From positions 7,742-71,741 of the IMG/VR virus record IMGVR_UViG_3300044639_001298: a DNA stretch of 64,000 nt. One strand, written 5' to 3'. This DNA comes from a virus. The first letter of the stretch is position 1, and each line of letters starts with the position of its first letter. The notes under the pieces are model-generated. The model saw nothing but the letters and a program-made list of their open reading frames with translations. It was not told the origin of the DNA and searched no databases. Position numbers and translations under genes: made by a program. Of this stretch, positions 20,801-30,465 are shown piece after piece.

Positions 20801-22723
20801 GGTTACGGAACCTATATATGCTTCGTAAGAACTAATAGAATTTAAATCCGCCAAAATACTATTATTAACAGATGAGATTGTACTATCTATACTTTGTACA
20901 GTTGTGTTTGGTGTTTGTGGTAAAGCCGTGTCTTCACATGGGCAAGCCTCACAATCAGGATAAGACATCATAGGTAATGATATCCTTTTGAATGGATTTT
21001 CGCTGGATAATGGTGTTATTGTTGTTTTTTTACAATCTTCTTCGTCTAATTTTTTAGATAAAAATGCTACTACGAGACATATCCCATATATTAAAGTGTT
21101 AACTACCCATAGTATCAAATTGATAATCGCCCTAATAATTGGATATATAACCGCCAATACGTGTAGTATTATAATTAGACTTCCAAAAGTTGGTGTTAAT
21201 ATAGTAATTAAAAGATTCATTATAAAAACTAAGAAATCAAAATTCCTTACACCGTCATTCACTGGAAATTTATTTACATTACTTGTACAAGTTCTATCCG
21301 TTATATCTTTTATTCCTAAATGTCTTAGTCTATTTGTTCCCCACTTCCATCTGTCTAAAAAATGTGATATAGTATATACTTTGTTATAGTTAAACTCATA
21401 AAACCTATCTTCACAATTTATAGCTTCTTGAATCATTTGAGCACCTGTAGTTGTTGTTGGGTCTCCGTACTCATTCCAATCTAAACTAAACGCGTAAGAG
21501 TATAGCTGTGCGTCTAAATCGGTGGGGTTGTTTATATTAGAAGAAGACCATCCCCACTCTTTTACATTAGGAACTAAAAAGTCACCCCTCATAATGTTAT
21601 TTTCCATACCAGATTCATTCTGATATTGGATTCTGAATCTATACTTACCTTTTGTTGGAATACCCACCGCAGGGTCATTAGATAAAACTTGTTCACCAAA
21701 TTCATTAGTGGTCACATAATCTAAATTCATAGGTACCTCAACCAACCATGTACCATTATCGTCAATTACTTTACCCCCATCAGGTAAAACATATTGTTCT
21801 AGTATCGGTCTACCGTCACTATCGTATCCAATAGTTTGTCTTACTGCTAATATAGTTCCAGGGGCCGTTACTAAATCACAAAGATTTCCTGTTTCTTTTT
21901 TTGGTTTACATCTGTTATCTAAAAAATCTTCATCAGAGGATGAAAATATAGAACCCATGAATATTGCGTGTGGTTTTATATCAATACCAAAATCCCTTAA
22001 GTCAAAATCGGCTCTTGTTATACCAATATTACATATTTCATTTTCACCCCAAAATGATGTAACTTCAATATCTTGTCTGATGTTTACTAATTGTGGTAAA
22101 GAACTTAAGTCTGAAGATGATTTGAATTGGTCTCCGTTAAATTGTTCTGATGTAGCAAGACCTGACCTAATTAAATCGGCAGGTCTCAAAGAAAAACAAC
22201 CGATGTTTGATAAATCTAAATCTAAAACTAAAGACTGAATACCTAGTGGTGCTCCAACAATCATAAAGTCTCCACTTTCATTTGTTTTTACCGTGTACTT
22301 ATAATACTTCTCATAAACCTCTAAAACTTCAGTTCTTGTTAATACATCATTTCTATCCGGAAAAGTACCAGTTGGGACGTGTCCGTCATATTCTTTAACG
22401 TAAGGTAATAGATTGTATCTGTATCCGTCTTCGTTTTTTTGGTCAGCATTTCTATAGGGATATAAAGTGGATATAACTGGGTCGTTCTCATCAATAGCAT
22501 CGAGAGGAACAAAAATTGATACGTTTGCATTTGGTACACCGTATCCACCATTTACTATGACACGTCCTGTGACCACACCATAGTCGGCACAAAATCTTGT
22601 ATAAACATCTTCTTGTCTTAATTTTAAGGATAAGATTTCCAAAAAGTCAAAATCTTGGTTAATATTGACTCTTATATTTTTGTCCGTTCCTGGTGCTGTT
22701 CGTATCCTATAGCTTTTGGTCAT
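17855..22723 (-). CDS. Large virion-associated protein with an N-terminal carboxypeptidase-regulatory-like beta-sandwich and an internal hydrophobic hairpin
   Basis: VVTGRV..NGG.GVPNANVSI...KTNESGDF.I.G.P.G motif; ~60-aa hydrophobic stretch; directly downstream of the gp6-like gene. Confidence 0.6.
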   Translation of the reverse strand: MTKSYRIRTAPGTDKNIRVNINQDFDFLEILSLKLRQEDVYTRFCADYGVVTGRVIVNGGYGVPNANVSIFVPLDAIDENDPVISTLYPYRNADQKNEDGYRYNLLPYVKEYDGHVPTGTFPDRNDVLTRTEVLEVYEKYYKYTVKTNESGDFMIVGAPLGIQSLVLDLDLSNIGCFSLRPADLIRSGLATSEQFNGDQFKSSSDLSSLPQLVNIRQDIEVTSFWGENEICNIGITRADFDLRDFGIDIKPHAIFMGSIFSSSDEDFLDNRCKPKKETGNLCDLVTAPGTILAVRQTIGYDSDGRPILEQYVLPDGGKVIDDNGTWLVEVPMNLDYVTTNEFGEQVLSNDPAVGIPTKGKYRFRIQYQNESGMENNIMRGDFLVPNVKEWGWSSSNINNPTDLDAQLYSYAFSLDWNEYGDPTTTTGAQMIQEAINCEDRFYEFNYNKVYTISHFLDRWKWGTNRLRHLGIKDITDRTCTSNVNKFPVNDGVRNFDFLVFIMNLLITILTPTFGSLIIILHVLAVIYPIIRAIINLILWVVNTLIYGICLVVAFLSKKLDEEDCKKTTITPLSSENPFKRISLPMMSYPDCEACPCEDTALPQTPNTTVQSIDSTISSVNNSILADLNSISSYEAYIGSVTNPNDPSSASFLEGTRQIFAGYQNPSTNNNLNYLNKVPVTQYPLGASPVMGRDVQLAQSLNLANLRSRYFAGENYIKTTVRNTNPSTNAIDPSTTFDDSVVILLVDPNTPIVPGQLLSFTDITTINDPNITGLTNANQFNTNNITGATPFNSTNLVNKQFSWINPNGNIQTGTLKLNITENGKEYKFKAGVEYFQVITGATTTQLSASTHPTLGLLNKYLFKKTQDFTFGVAGVFQTQGVYPIDYLDLHENMQIIILNRGVDPYTQKQNIRYDLSKLFGYSFGSGPIVEGTYYLNVPIQPNTGPTTSPLSYNWYSTYKTPQTHNVTGNTNTSLYHEPFGFTVDSTLFTAFTNNSIHYYSSTDKSQINFKAFNTDIYGLGNFTNNTGANDDFPNGNNRIAFQFYLSATTSTPQGLIEGGTFITSTVSGGTVYAYANSGVEARVLSPAYHLQSPSNVTITNNNRLVFRSDRLPTSTLTEISGNSSYALHLNNNFSIYTIDEQGNGVAVPFISSQATDTTGNAQDLTGDTSNGITDAVLGTLQCDNLTLLECYSGNGTSFGVDTPCPENLDGKRVKGGCYYFVDAPLITSIPKDLKYFVEWKSRFRMMFAACRGVFSQVFQNNWVNGSLYMFSFKKKTIFSVSGQPKKYLFCGSYDSILRTGQGPLFYTEGVTNAIFYRSTPYDGNNFLGQIPRRRLAPLTPFVNAGYGGMNTRNIYFPTTIMDLGPRDEFTRQICTNPQFEGYLIDTLQSTSYNDTSELLLLFILSRLINSNFWGQALGLGDASINRLFSRSEDRIDGDIAQLFSINSEFGVDGFSDDAYDDTSLYVSSTGEGLVGVFFTANTENRIKLTPGITTFTPTLTNYYGYPKTQEVPFYLWKLDDTNTIFGSDKNDWDTGLQGNGFYKYTYQTQSFYQAPFSNYFNTTNYGKKGYIYNSDSNGNTANFPPGQSNKFLVGAPFHFYFGLNKGKSSMNRYITKYIFNTNV

Positions 22724-22797
22724 TTGTCTTTTAGAAATAAATAGTTATTTTACCCATTTTCAAAAAAATAGGTTAGACCTTCAGGAAATAAATAATC

Positions 22798-24636
22798 TTA
22801 TGAGAAATCTACAGTAGATAGATTTTTTACAAACACCTTAATGTCTTTATTATCGAACCTTATTTGATAAACTTGTGTCGGTTCAGCATAGATTGTATCA
22901 TCTATAAGTTCTATCTGTCTTGTTGATTTATTTATATATCTTTGTGAAGTTTCAGAAGTTGAATAAAGTCCTCCTACCAAGTTAAAAACTTTCAAATCAG
23001 TTAATGTGAGTACTCCAGCGGTGTTTTGTATTAATCTTCTAACATCAGATACGTTAACGTTTTCACCTAAATCTCTATTTTCAGGTGCCATATAATTTGA
23101 AATTTGATTGATTACTTCCGTAATTACTTGTCCGCGATTAACGTTTGATTCTAAGACAATATAAACTTCAAAAGATAAATCTATTACTTTAGCAACATCT
23201 ATAGAAATATAATCATTTATCATTCGATACTTAGAAAGATATGTTGCCAAATTACTTTTCAAAACATTTGATACGGTTTGAGTCAATTTACCATTTTGGT
23301 CGTATGATAAAATCTGAATAGTAATTTTATTATTGTTTTCAGTAATAGCAACTTTAGAAGGTGCTCCAAATTTACCAGGCATCGTATCAATCAACGATTT
23401 GTAATCATTTACAGTAACCGCTCTTTTTTGTGCCGAGAAGTTGAATGCTACCATGTTTCTAACCTCTTCAGTTGATGGTGGATTTGCTCCCCCAATAGCT
23501 GCGGTTACATTAGTTATTGTTAGTGAATTTACAACATTTGAGTTAATTGTGTCTGATGGACCTGTTACTGCAAAATCTATAGTACCTATTTGATTTATAA
23601 CACCTACACCAACATTTGATGCTAATCCACCGCCAGTTCTATACTGAACGAATAATGTTGTATTTGGTTGAACCGTTAAACCTAAACCAATATTATTTTG
23701 ATAATTGGATAAGTCTAAGTTTATACCATTTTTAGCAAAGTTTGCTAACTGAACGTTTGGTGTTGTTGTACCAGCACCAAATTGAACTTTCATAAATCCT
23801 TCAGGTGTATATTCCGTAAGAAATCTGTTATCAGTTTTAATATATTTTCCTACTTTATTTCCCGCTTGGTCAGTAGGTTTTGTTGGGTCTTCAATAAAAA
23901 CCGTATCTTCCGCTAACGCATCTACCTCATACCATCTGTTTGTTGAAGTAACAAATTCAGTATAGTTTGGTACATTAGGGTAATTTGTACCATCTTTTTG
24001 AATTATCGCGTTTACCCCTAAAACATTTCTTTCGGGTAAAAAGAAATTAAAGAATGGAACAACATCAGATGGGTTAATAACTCTTTTGAAAACTTTTGTA
24101 GTTCCGTTAACAACAACTTCTCTTTTAGTGATAACATAGTTAATAATTTTGTTGTTAGAATCGAAAGTTGGTATTTTAGTTCTATTTACAAACCCCTCTT
24201 GATTATACTGTGTTGAAAAATCAATATCGTAAACGGTCTCAAAACTTGTTCCCCCACCATTAAATTGTGAACCTGCTCTCAGAACACCTAAATATCTAAA
24301 ATCCTCAGCATCCCCAAGAGGTGGTACAGTGATTGAGACATCAACCACAGCAACTGATGGTCTATAACCCGGTATTTTCAAACCATAAGTTCTTGCAATG
24401 TTGTAAATAGATGATTTTTGTTGGGCATATTGTAGAACAGTTTCTTGTATACTTCTATCAATATGATAATGTAAGTTATCTGCAACTGCAGCATTTAAGT
24501 CCATTAAAACGGAGAATACAGACGCATCATTAAAGTTTTGAATTAGTTCAGGGTAGTACTGTTTTGTATAGTTAATCAGTCCATCTCTTAGTGACTCAAA
24601 ATCCCTATCGGTATAATTTATTTTATTATTTGCCAT
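22798..24636 (-). CDS. Baseplate wedge subunit (T4 gp6-like / baseplate J)
   Basis: YTDRDFESLRD.LI, L.YAQ..SSIYNIART.G, Y..GGG..SNV, A.GGA....EEVR and QKRAVTVNDY motifs. Confidence 0.9.
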   Translation of the reverse strand: MANNKINYTDRDFESLRDGLINYTKQYYPELIQNFNDASVFSVLMDLNAAVADNLHYHIDRSIQETVLQYAQQKSSIYNIARTYGLKIPGYRPSVAVVDVSITVPPLGDAEDFRYLGVLRAGSQFNGGGTSFETVYDIDFSTQYNQEGFVNRTKIPTFDSNNKIINYVITKREVVVNGTTKVFKRVINPSDVVPFFNFFLPERNVLGVNAIIQKDGTNYPNVPNYTEFVTSTNRWYEVDALAEDTVFIEDPTKPTDQAGNKVGKYIKTDNRFLTEYTPEGFMKVQFGAGTTTPNVQLANFAKNGINLDLSNYQNNIGLGLTVQPNTTLFVQYRTGGGLASNVGVGVINQIGTIDFAVTGPSDTINSNVVNSLTITNVTAAIGGANPPSTEEVRNMVAFNFSAQKRAVTVNDYKSLIDTMPGKFGAPSKVAITENNNKITIQILSYDQNGKLTQTVSNVLKSNLATYLSKYRMINDYISIDVAKVIDLSFEVYIVLESNVNRGQVITEVINQISNYMAPENRDLGENVNVSDVRRLIQNTAGVLTLTDLKVFNLVGGLYSTSETSQRYINKSTRQIELIDDTIYAEPTQVYQIRFDNKDIKVFVKNLSTVDFS

Positions 24637-24637
24637 C

Positions 24638-25102
24638 TTAAATGTTTATTATTACAAATTGTCTACTTCCAAACGCTCTCGCTTCATTTGTATAATCAAT
24701 TTTTATTTTTGCACTGTATTCTACTGTATTAGCACCAGGTATACGATAAATACTAGCCTGACCCAATAATTCGTAGTCTAACTGACCACTAACCTCATCA
24801 GTTTCGGTATATGGTTCTATTGATATATTATTTATTGTTAAATTTGGTATGAACTTACTTATTTGTTCTTCAATCTCCACACGGATATCCTCGAATGTTG
24901 TACCATCTAATGGTTCAAATATATATTCATATAGACGAGTACCAAAATCAGGTAAAAAGTATCTTGTACCTCTTCTTGTTAACAATAAGTGAACCAAGTT
25001 AGTTCTAATCTCATCATCACTAGTTTCGGTAAGTTTTAAGTAATTACCTTTAGGACTTTGTAAAAAAGGGAAATTTATACCGTATGTAATTCCATCTGCC
25101 AT
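24638..25102 (-). CDS. Baseplate wedge / sheath initiator (T4 gp25-like)
   Basis: IR.NL..LLLT.RG.R...PDFGT.L...IFEP signature. Confidence 0.9.
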   Translation of the reverse strand: MADGITYGINFPFLQSPKGNYLKLTETSDDEIRTNLVHLLLTRRGTRYFLPDFGTRLYEYIFEPLDGTTFEDIRVEIEEQISKFIPNLTINNISIEPYTETDEVSGQLDYELLGQASIYRIPGANTVEYSAKIKIDYTNEARAFGSRQFVIINI

Positions 25103-25150
25103 ATTAAATAAATATAGTGTCGTGATATTTTCAATAAATAGTTATGAAAT

Positions 25151-25177
25151 AAAAAATCCCGACATAGTGTCGGGATT
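25151..25177 (-). terminator. Rho-independent terminator after nrdA
   Basis: Perfect 10-bp stem AATCCCGACA/TGTCGGGATT with 3-nt loop, followed by a T tract on the minus strand. Confidence 0.85.
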
Positions 25178-25187
25178 AGTGTCGTGA

Positions 25188-27617
25188 TTAGGATGAACAT
25201 CCAAAACATTCAAAATCTGAATTTGTTGGTTTTGGTGGTAAGTTCATATCATTGTAACTAACAGTTGGTACTTCAACTTTAACTTTAGGTTGTTGTATTT
25301 TTGATACGTCAACCGCTAAGTGTTTAGCTCCTGTTGAAATTGCTTTGGTTCTTACATAGTAACATAATGTTTTCAATCCTCTTTCCCAAGAATGGAAATG
25401 TGACGATGTGATTTTAGATAAAGTTGGGTTACCCATATAGATATTCATTGACTGCGATTGGTCGATGAATGGTGCTCTATCCGCAGCCATATCAATTAGT
25501 TGTTTCTGTGAAATCTCCCAAATTGTTTTATACTTAGGAATTAAGTGTTCAATTCTTTTTACCTTCTTCAAATAGTTCTTGTCTTCTGGGTCCAAGTAAT
25601 TATTGAAATTAATATTTTGAATTGACCCTTCGTTAAGGATAATTTCATTTTTCAAATCTTCAGACCAAATACCGATTTTTTCAAAGTCATTGATGAGGTA
25701 TTTGTTTACAATCATGATTTCTCCACCTACAACTCTTCTGTTAAAAATTGCTGAGTGTGCCGGTTCTGTCATTTCATAAGAACCTGTGATTTTTGCTGAA
25801 GATGCCACGGGCATTTGAGCGGTGAATAGTGAATTACAAACACCATAGTCAGAAACACTCTTCTTTAATTTGTTCCAATCCCACATTCCTGAAAGTTCCG
25901 TCTCATTAACATTCCACATATCAAATTGGAAAATACCTTTTGACATTGGTGACCCCTTGAAGAACTCATAAGGTTGGTACTTACCGTCCATACATAATGT
26001 GTTACTTTCTGTAATGGCAGCGTAATAGATGGTTTCAAAAATACCTTTATTTAATTTTTTTGCCTCATCAGATGTGAAAGTATAATCCATTAAATAAAAT
26101 ACATCAGCTAAACCTTGTGTTCCAATAGCAATAGCTCTTTGTTCTAATCCACCTCTACGTCCTTTTTCGGTTGAGTAGTTGTTGATGTCAATGACTTTGT
26201 TTAACGACCTCACAACTTTACGTGTTTCTTCGTACAATAAGTTAAAGTCAAACTCACCGTCTTTTACGAAGTTTTTTAATACCATAGATGATAAAGTACA
26301 AATAGCCGTAGTCTTTTCATCTGTATATTGGTAAATCTCATTACACAAGTTAGATTGTTTAATTACCCCAATATTTTGGTGATTAGTTTTTCTATTAGCA
26401 TTATCCTTAGAACATAAATAAGGGACACCTGTTTCTACTTGTGATTCAACAATTTTAGTCCAAATGTCTTGTGCTTTAACTTTTTTACCAAGACCCATAC
26501 TAACTGCCGTGTTATACACTTCTTCGTATTCTTCACCATAACATTCTTGTAATGCTTTTAATCCTGCCTTTTTAATGTCATTAGGACAGAACAAATACCA
26601 ATCAGCATTGTTTTTAACTGCCTTCATAAAATTATCAGGAATCCAAAGTGCCGTAAACAAATCACGAGCTCTTAGTTCTTCTGCACCTGTGTTCTTTTTA
26701 ATGTCTAATAAGTCAAAGATATCTTTGTGCCATGGTTCAAGATAGATTGCGGCACTACCTGGTCTACGACCTTGTTGATTAAAGAATCTGAGAGATTCAT
26801 TTACAATTTTTAAGTATTTCAAAAGTCCACCGGCATATCCACCTGAAGTTGAAATTCTACTTTCTTTACTACGGATATTTGACATTGAAAGTCCGATACC
26901 CGCAGCATCTGAAGAGAATGTTGAGATGTCTCTCAAAGTTCCTAACAAACCTTCTCTTGAATCAGAGTCATTGTAATGTAATACACAAGATGCCAATTGT
27001 GGAACTTTAGTACCTGAGTTAATCATGATAGGCGTTGCCTTAGAGATTAGTTGGTTTGATAAAGAAGTATAATATTCTTTAGCTTGCTCCAACGTATCTG
27101 TAACCCACAAAGCAACTCTCATATACATATGTTGTGGTCTTTCAACAACTTGTCCACTTGGTCTTTTTAACAAGTACATTTCTTGTAGAGACCTCCAAGC
27201 AAAATAATCAAAGTTATAATCATTTTCATGATTGATAATAGAGTCAATGTTTTCTTCACCATATTGATTTATCTTATTCATCAACTCTTCGTGAATGATA
27301 CCGTCTCCGTGTAATACTTTCATAGTATCACAAAAACTATCTGAAGTTTCTTTATGATAAGATGAAATAGCCACTGAAGAAGCGAGTCTTGAGTAGTCGT
27401 GGTGACTACCTGTATATGCTGCTGCTATTTCATAAATCAACTTATCTAACTCCTTAGTAGTAACTTTACCTTCTGTCGGTACAGAAGTAATAACTTTGAT
27501 GAAAATCTCATCAGAGTTAACACTTAATCCTTTTGCGGAGCGCTTTACACGGTTGTAAATTTTCTGTGGGTTAAATGCCACAAGGTCTCCATTTCTTTTA
27601 ATTATTTTTAATGACAT
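25188..27617 (-). CDS. nrdA: Class Ia ribonucleotide reductase alpha subunit with ATP cone
   Basis: N-terminal IIKRNG ATP cone, QLASC, SNLCNEI catalytic motif, AICTL, LKTLCYY and C-terminal CFGCSS. Confidence 0.97.
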   Translation of the reverse strand: MSLKIIKRNGDLVAFNPQKIYNRVKRSAKGLSVNSDEIFIKVITSVPTEGKVTTKELDKLIYEIAAAYTGSHHDYSRLASSVAISSYHKETSDSFCDTMKVLHGDGIIHEELMNKINQYGEENIDSIINHENDYNFDYFAWRSLQEMYLLKRPSGQVVERPQHMYMRVALWVTDTLEQAKEYYTSLSNQLISKATPIMINSGTKVPQLASCVLHYNDSDSREGLLGTLRDISTFSSDAAGIGLSMSNIRSKESRISTSGGYAGGLLKYLKIVNESLRFFNQQGRRPGSAAIYLEPWHKDIFDLLDIKKNTGAEELRARDLFTALWIPDNFMKAVKNNADWYLFCPNDIKKAGLKALQECYGEEYEEVYNTAVSMGLGKKVKAQDIWTKIVESQVETGVPYLCSKDNANRKTNHQNIGVIKQSNLCNEIYQYTDEKTTAICTLSSMVLKNFVKDGEFDFNLLYEETRKVVRSLNKVIDINNYSTEKGRRGGLEQRAIAIGTQGLADVFYLMDYTFTSDEAKKLNKGIFETIYYAAITESNTLCMDGKYQPYEFFKGSPMSKGIFQFDMWNVNETELSGMWDWNKLKKSVSDYGVCNSLFTAQMPVASSAKITGSYEMTEPAHSAIFNRRVVGGEIMIVNKYLINDFEKIGIWSEDLKNEIILNEGSIQNINFNNYLDPEDKNYLKKVKRIEHLIPKYKTIWEISQKQLIDMAADRAPFIDQSQSMNIYMGNPTLSKITSSHFHSWERGLKTLCYYVRTKAISTGAKHLAVDVSKIQQPKVKVEVPTVSYNDMNLPPKPTNSDFECFGCSS

Positions 27618-27627
27618 GTTATAAAAT

Positions 27628-28575
27628 TTAAAAATCGTCTGTGAATGTTATAGTTTCGTTTAACTTAGCTTTTTGGTACTCCATTGTTCTTGATTCAAAG
27701 AAATTACCCTTTGTTTCAACCGCAATTTGTTCCATGAACTTAAATGGTTGTTCTACGTTAAATTCTTTACTACATCCCATCTTAACTAACAATCCATCAA
27801 CAACAAACTCCAAGTATTGTTTCATCAAGTTTGAGTTCATACCAATTAAAGATACTGGGAGTGATTCAGTAATAAATTCTTTTTCAATTTCCAATGCTGA
27901 AAGTAATATTTCTTTAATTCGTTTTTCAGATGGTCTTTCTTCCAAATGGTTATTCAACAAATGAATTGCAAAATCACAGTGTAAGTTTTCATCTTTAAAG
28001 ATAAGTGAGTTAGCATTACATAAACCTTGCATGATACCTCTTGATTTCATCCAAAAAATAGAACAGAATGACCCTGAAAAGAAGATACCTTCAACAGCCG
28101 CAAACGCGACTAATCTTTCTGCGAATGATGCCTTTTCAATCCATTCTAATGCCCATTTAGCTTTCTTTTGAACCGCAGGTAATCTGTCAATCGCATTGAA
28201 ACACTCATCCTTTTCTTTAGCGTTTGAGATGTACGTATCAATCAATAACGAATACATTAATGAGTGAATGTTTTCCATTGCTAATTGAAATCCGTAGAAA
28301 AACTTAGCTTCAGGATATTGAACTTCTCGGTAGAAGTTTTCAGCCAAGTTTTCATTTACAATACCATCTGAAGCTGCAAAAAACGACAATACATTCTTAA
28401 TAAAGAATTTTTCATTGTCTGTTAAATTTTCCCAATCTCTGATGTCATTTGTTAAATCGACTTCTTCTGCCGTCCAAAACGCGGCTTGGTGTTGTTTGTA
28501 ATATTCCCATATATCGTTGTGTTCGATTGGGAAGATGACAAACCTACCAGGATTTTCTGTTAATATTTTTTCCAT
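27628..28575 (-). CDS. nrdB: Class Ia ribonucleotide reductase beta subunit
   Basis: [43 protein letters not shown] and NFFE.R..EY motifs. Confidence 0.97.
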   Translation of the reverse strand: MEKILTENPGRFVIFPIEHNDIWEYYKQHQAAFWTAEEVDLTNDIRDWENLTDNEKFFIKNVLSFFAASDGIVNENLAENFYREVQYPEAKFFYGFQLAMENIHSLMYSLLIDTYISNAKEKDECFNAIDRLPAVQKKAKWALEWIEKASFAERLVAFAAVEGIFFSGSFCSIFWMKSRGIMQGLCNANSLIFKDENLHCDFAIHLLNNHLEERPSEKRIKEILLSALEIEKEFITESLPVSLIGMNSNLMKQYLEFVVDGLLVKMGCSKEFNVEQPFKFMEQIAVETKGNFFESRTMEYQKAKLNETITFTDDF

Positions 28576-28589
28576 AGTTTTTAATTAAT

Positions 28590-29969
28590 TTAAGATTGTT
28601 GTTCTTTTTGCTTTTTCTTTTCTAAAAGCTCTTTGATTCTACTTCTGTTTCTTTCTTCTTTCTGTTCTTCCAAACCTAAGAAAGTAACACTTTGTTCTGT
28701 ATCTATTTCAAGTAGTGCGTTGTCAAATTTACAATTTTCAAACACAATACCGTCTTTACCGATTCTTGATTTTGTAATCGCTATTGTTGCCAAGTTCATT
28801 TCTTTTTGTTGTAATGATTTAGCAACCGTAATGATTACGTGACCAACTTGAGCCTTTTTAATAGACCCACCCATTTGGTCTGTCGTAACAACATCTGACG
28901 ATATTGAATTACGATTTCCTTGTGTTGCTGTCCAACCAGCAATATCCAATTCGTGACACATTGCCTCAAATGCTCTCATAACCGAACCTTCACTTTTCCA
29001 CTCATCTCCCAACATTTTATCAGGAACTACACAATCGATATAGTCCAAGATAATCATATCTACTTTAGTTCCCTCAGCAATCATTTTTCTAACCTGATTT
29101 TTAATCTGGTTCATAGTGACCGTATCTGATGGTAACTTTTTCATTATCAATTTATTTTTTCTTGTAGATTGGATGTGTCTTACTTTTTCAAGAACATCTT
29201 CTCTATTTTCTGTTAAATCGTCAGGGTGCATTCCAGTCCAAAGAGTGATGTGTTTTCTTTGGATAATTTTTGGGTTGTCTTCAAAAAATATTTGTAAAAC
29301 ATTATAACCCAAGTTGAATGCGTGGTTTGCAATTTTTGTAGTAAATGTAGACTTACCAACTCCTGTAGGTGCTAAGATAACGCCAATTTCTCCTTTTGCC
29401 AAACCTCCACGAAGAAGATTATCAATACCGGGTACTCCAATTGGAATTGGGTGTCTGTAATCGTCATCTAAAACCTCATCAAGGTTAAAGAAAACATCGG
29501 TTGTTCCTTTATCAACTTCACCAACCTGTAAGGCTCCTCTTACCATTTCTTCCAAGTGGTCATAACTTTCAAAATCACCCTTATCAATAATTGATTGGGC
29601 TTTAGTCATAACCTTCTGTAACTCTTGTTGTTTACAGAATTTTAATGACTTCTCTTGAACAAATATTGAACCTTCATCAGATACATCTTTTACTTGTTGT
29701 AATGTATCCAAAACACTCTTCTGAGCCATCGGAGAAGAGATTTCTGATTTTGTAAGTTGTTCTAAGGTATCAAATGTAGGAGTATGTTCGTATTTTGAAT
29801 AATACTCCTTAATCATTTGACAGATGATACGAAAATATTGGTTATCAAAGTAATGTGGGTCAATGACTTCAAGAATGGAATTTGAGAAATCCTTGTATAA
29901 TATGATGTTGTTTAACAACTGAATTTGAAAGGTATTTCCTAAGTATCCGAAGCTCTTTTTGTCTGACAT
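28590..29969 (-). CDS. Replicative DnaB-like helicase (T4 gp41-like)
   Basis: Walker A APTGVGKS, IILDYID, WTATQGNR and KSRIG motifs. Confidence 0.92.
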   Translation of the reverse strand: MSDKKSFGYLGNTFQIQLLNNIILYKDFSNSILEVIDPHYFDNQYFRIICQMIKEYYSKYEHTPTFDTLEQLTKSEISSPMAQKSVLDTLQQVKDVSDEGSIFVQEKSLKFCKQQELQKVMTKAQSIIDKGDFESYDHLEEMVRGALQVGEVDKGTTDVFFNLDEVLDDDYRHPIPIGVPGIDNLLRGGLAKGEIGVILAPTGVGKSTFTTKIANHAFNLGYNVLQIFFEDNPKIIQRKHITLWTGMHPDDLTENREDVLEKVRHIQSTRKNKLIMKKLPSDTVTMNQIKNQVRKMIAEGTKVDMIILDYIDCVVPDKMLGDEWKSEGSVMRAFEAMCHELDIAGWTATQGNRNSISSDVVTTDQMGGSIKKAQVGHVIITVAKSLQQKEMNLATIAITKSRIGKDGIVFENCKFDNALLEIDTEQSVTFLGLEEQKEERNRSRIKELLEKKKQKEQQS

Positions 29970-30008
29970 ATTCTATGATTTTTTTCTTTTTGTATATGAT
30001 AAATATGA

Positions 30009-30461
30009 TTAAACTAACGAATAGTTTAGGTAATTGTAAGATAAATTTTTAGCTGAAAAAATGTCAGTAAGCTCTCTTAATATGTTTTTTATGGATGGTC
30101 GTACATCCAGCGTATATCTTACCTTTGGTGGGTACAATTTAGCGTCGATGATATAGTGACAAATTGTCTCATTTCCGACTCTTAAAATAATGTTAAATCT
30201 TTCAGGTCCATCGGTATTTGATGTATCTAATACCGCCGAGTCCTCCTCGATTTGGAATCTATTTTCCAACATGTAGACCGCACACTTATTTCTAAGTTTT
30301 GTTTGTAAGTCGGTTCTTAAATCAAACATGTAGTTCATCAGTTCTACACTACCTTTTGCTTTTGGGTTAAACCCTTTGACATTAAAGAATCTCTGAACCA
30401 CAAAATTATCATTTAATGTGATAAGAAATTCAACTTTAGTTACGTCATTTTGTTCTTTCAT
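30009..30461 (-). CDS. Hypothetical protein in the replication block
   Basis: 150-aa ORF tightly packed between the exonuclease and helicase genes. Confidence 0.6.
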   Translation of the reverse strand: MKEQNDVTKVEFLITLNDNFVVQRFFNVKGFNPKAKGSVELMNYMFDLRTDLQTKLRNKCAVYMLENRFQIEEDSAVLDTSNTDGPERFNIILRVGNETICHYIIDAKLYPPKVRYTLDVRPSIKNILRELTDIFSAKNLSYNYLNYSLV

Positions 30462-30465
30462 AATT

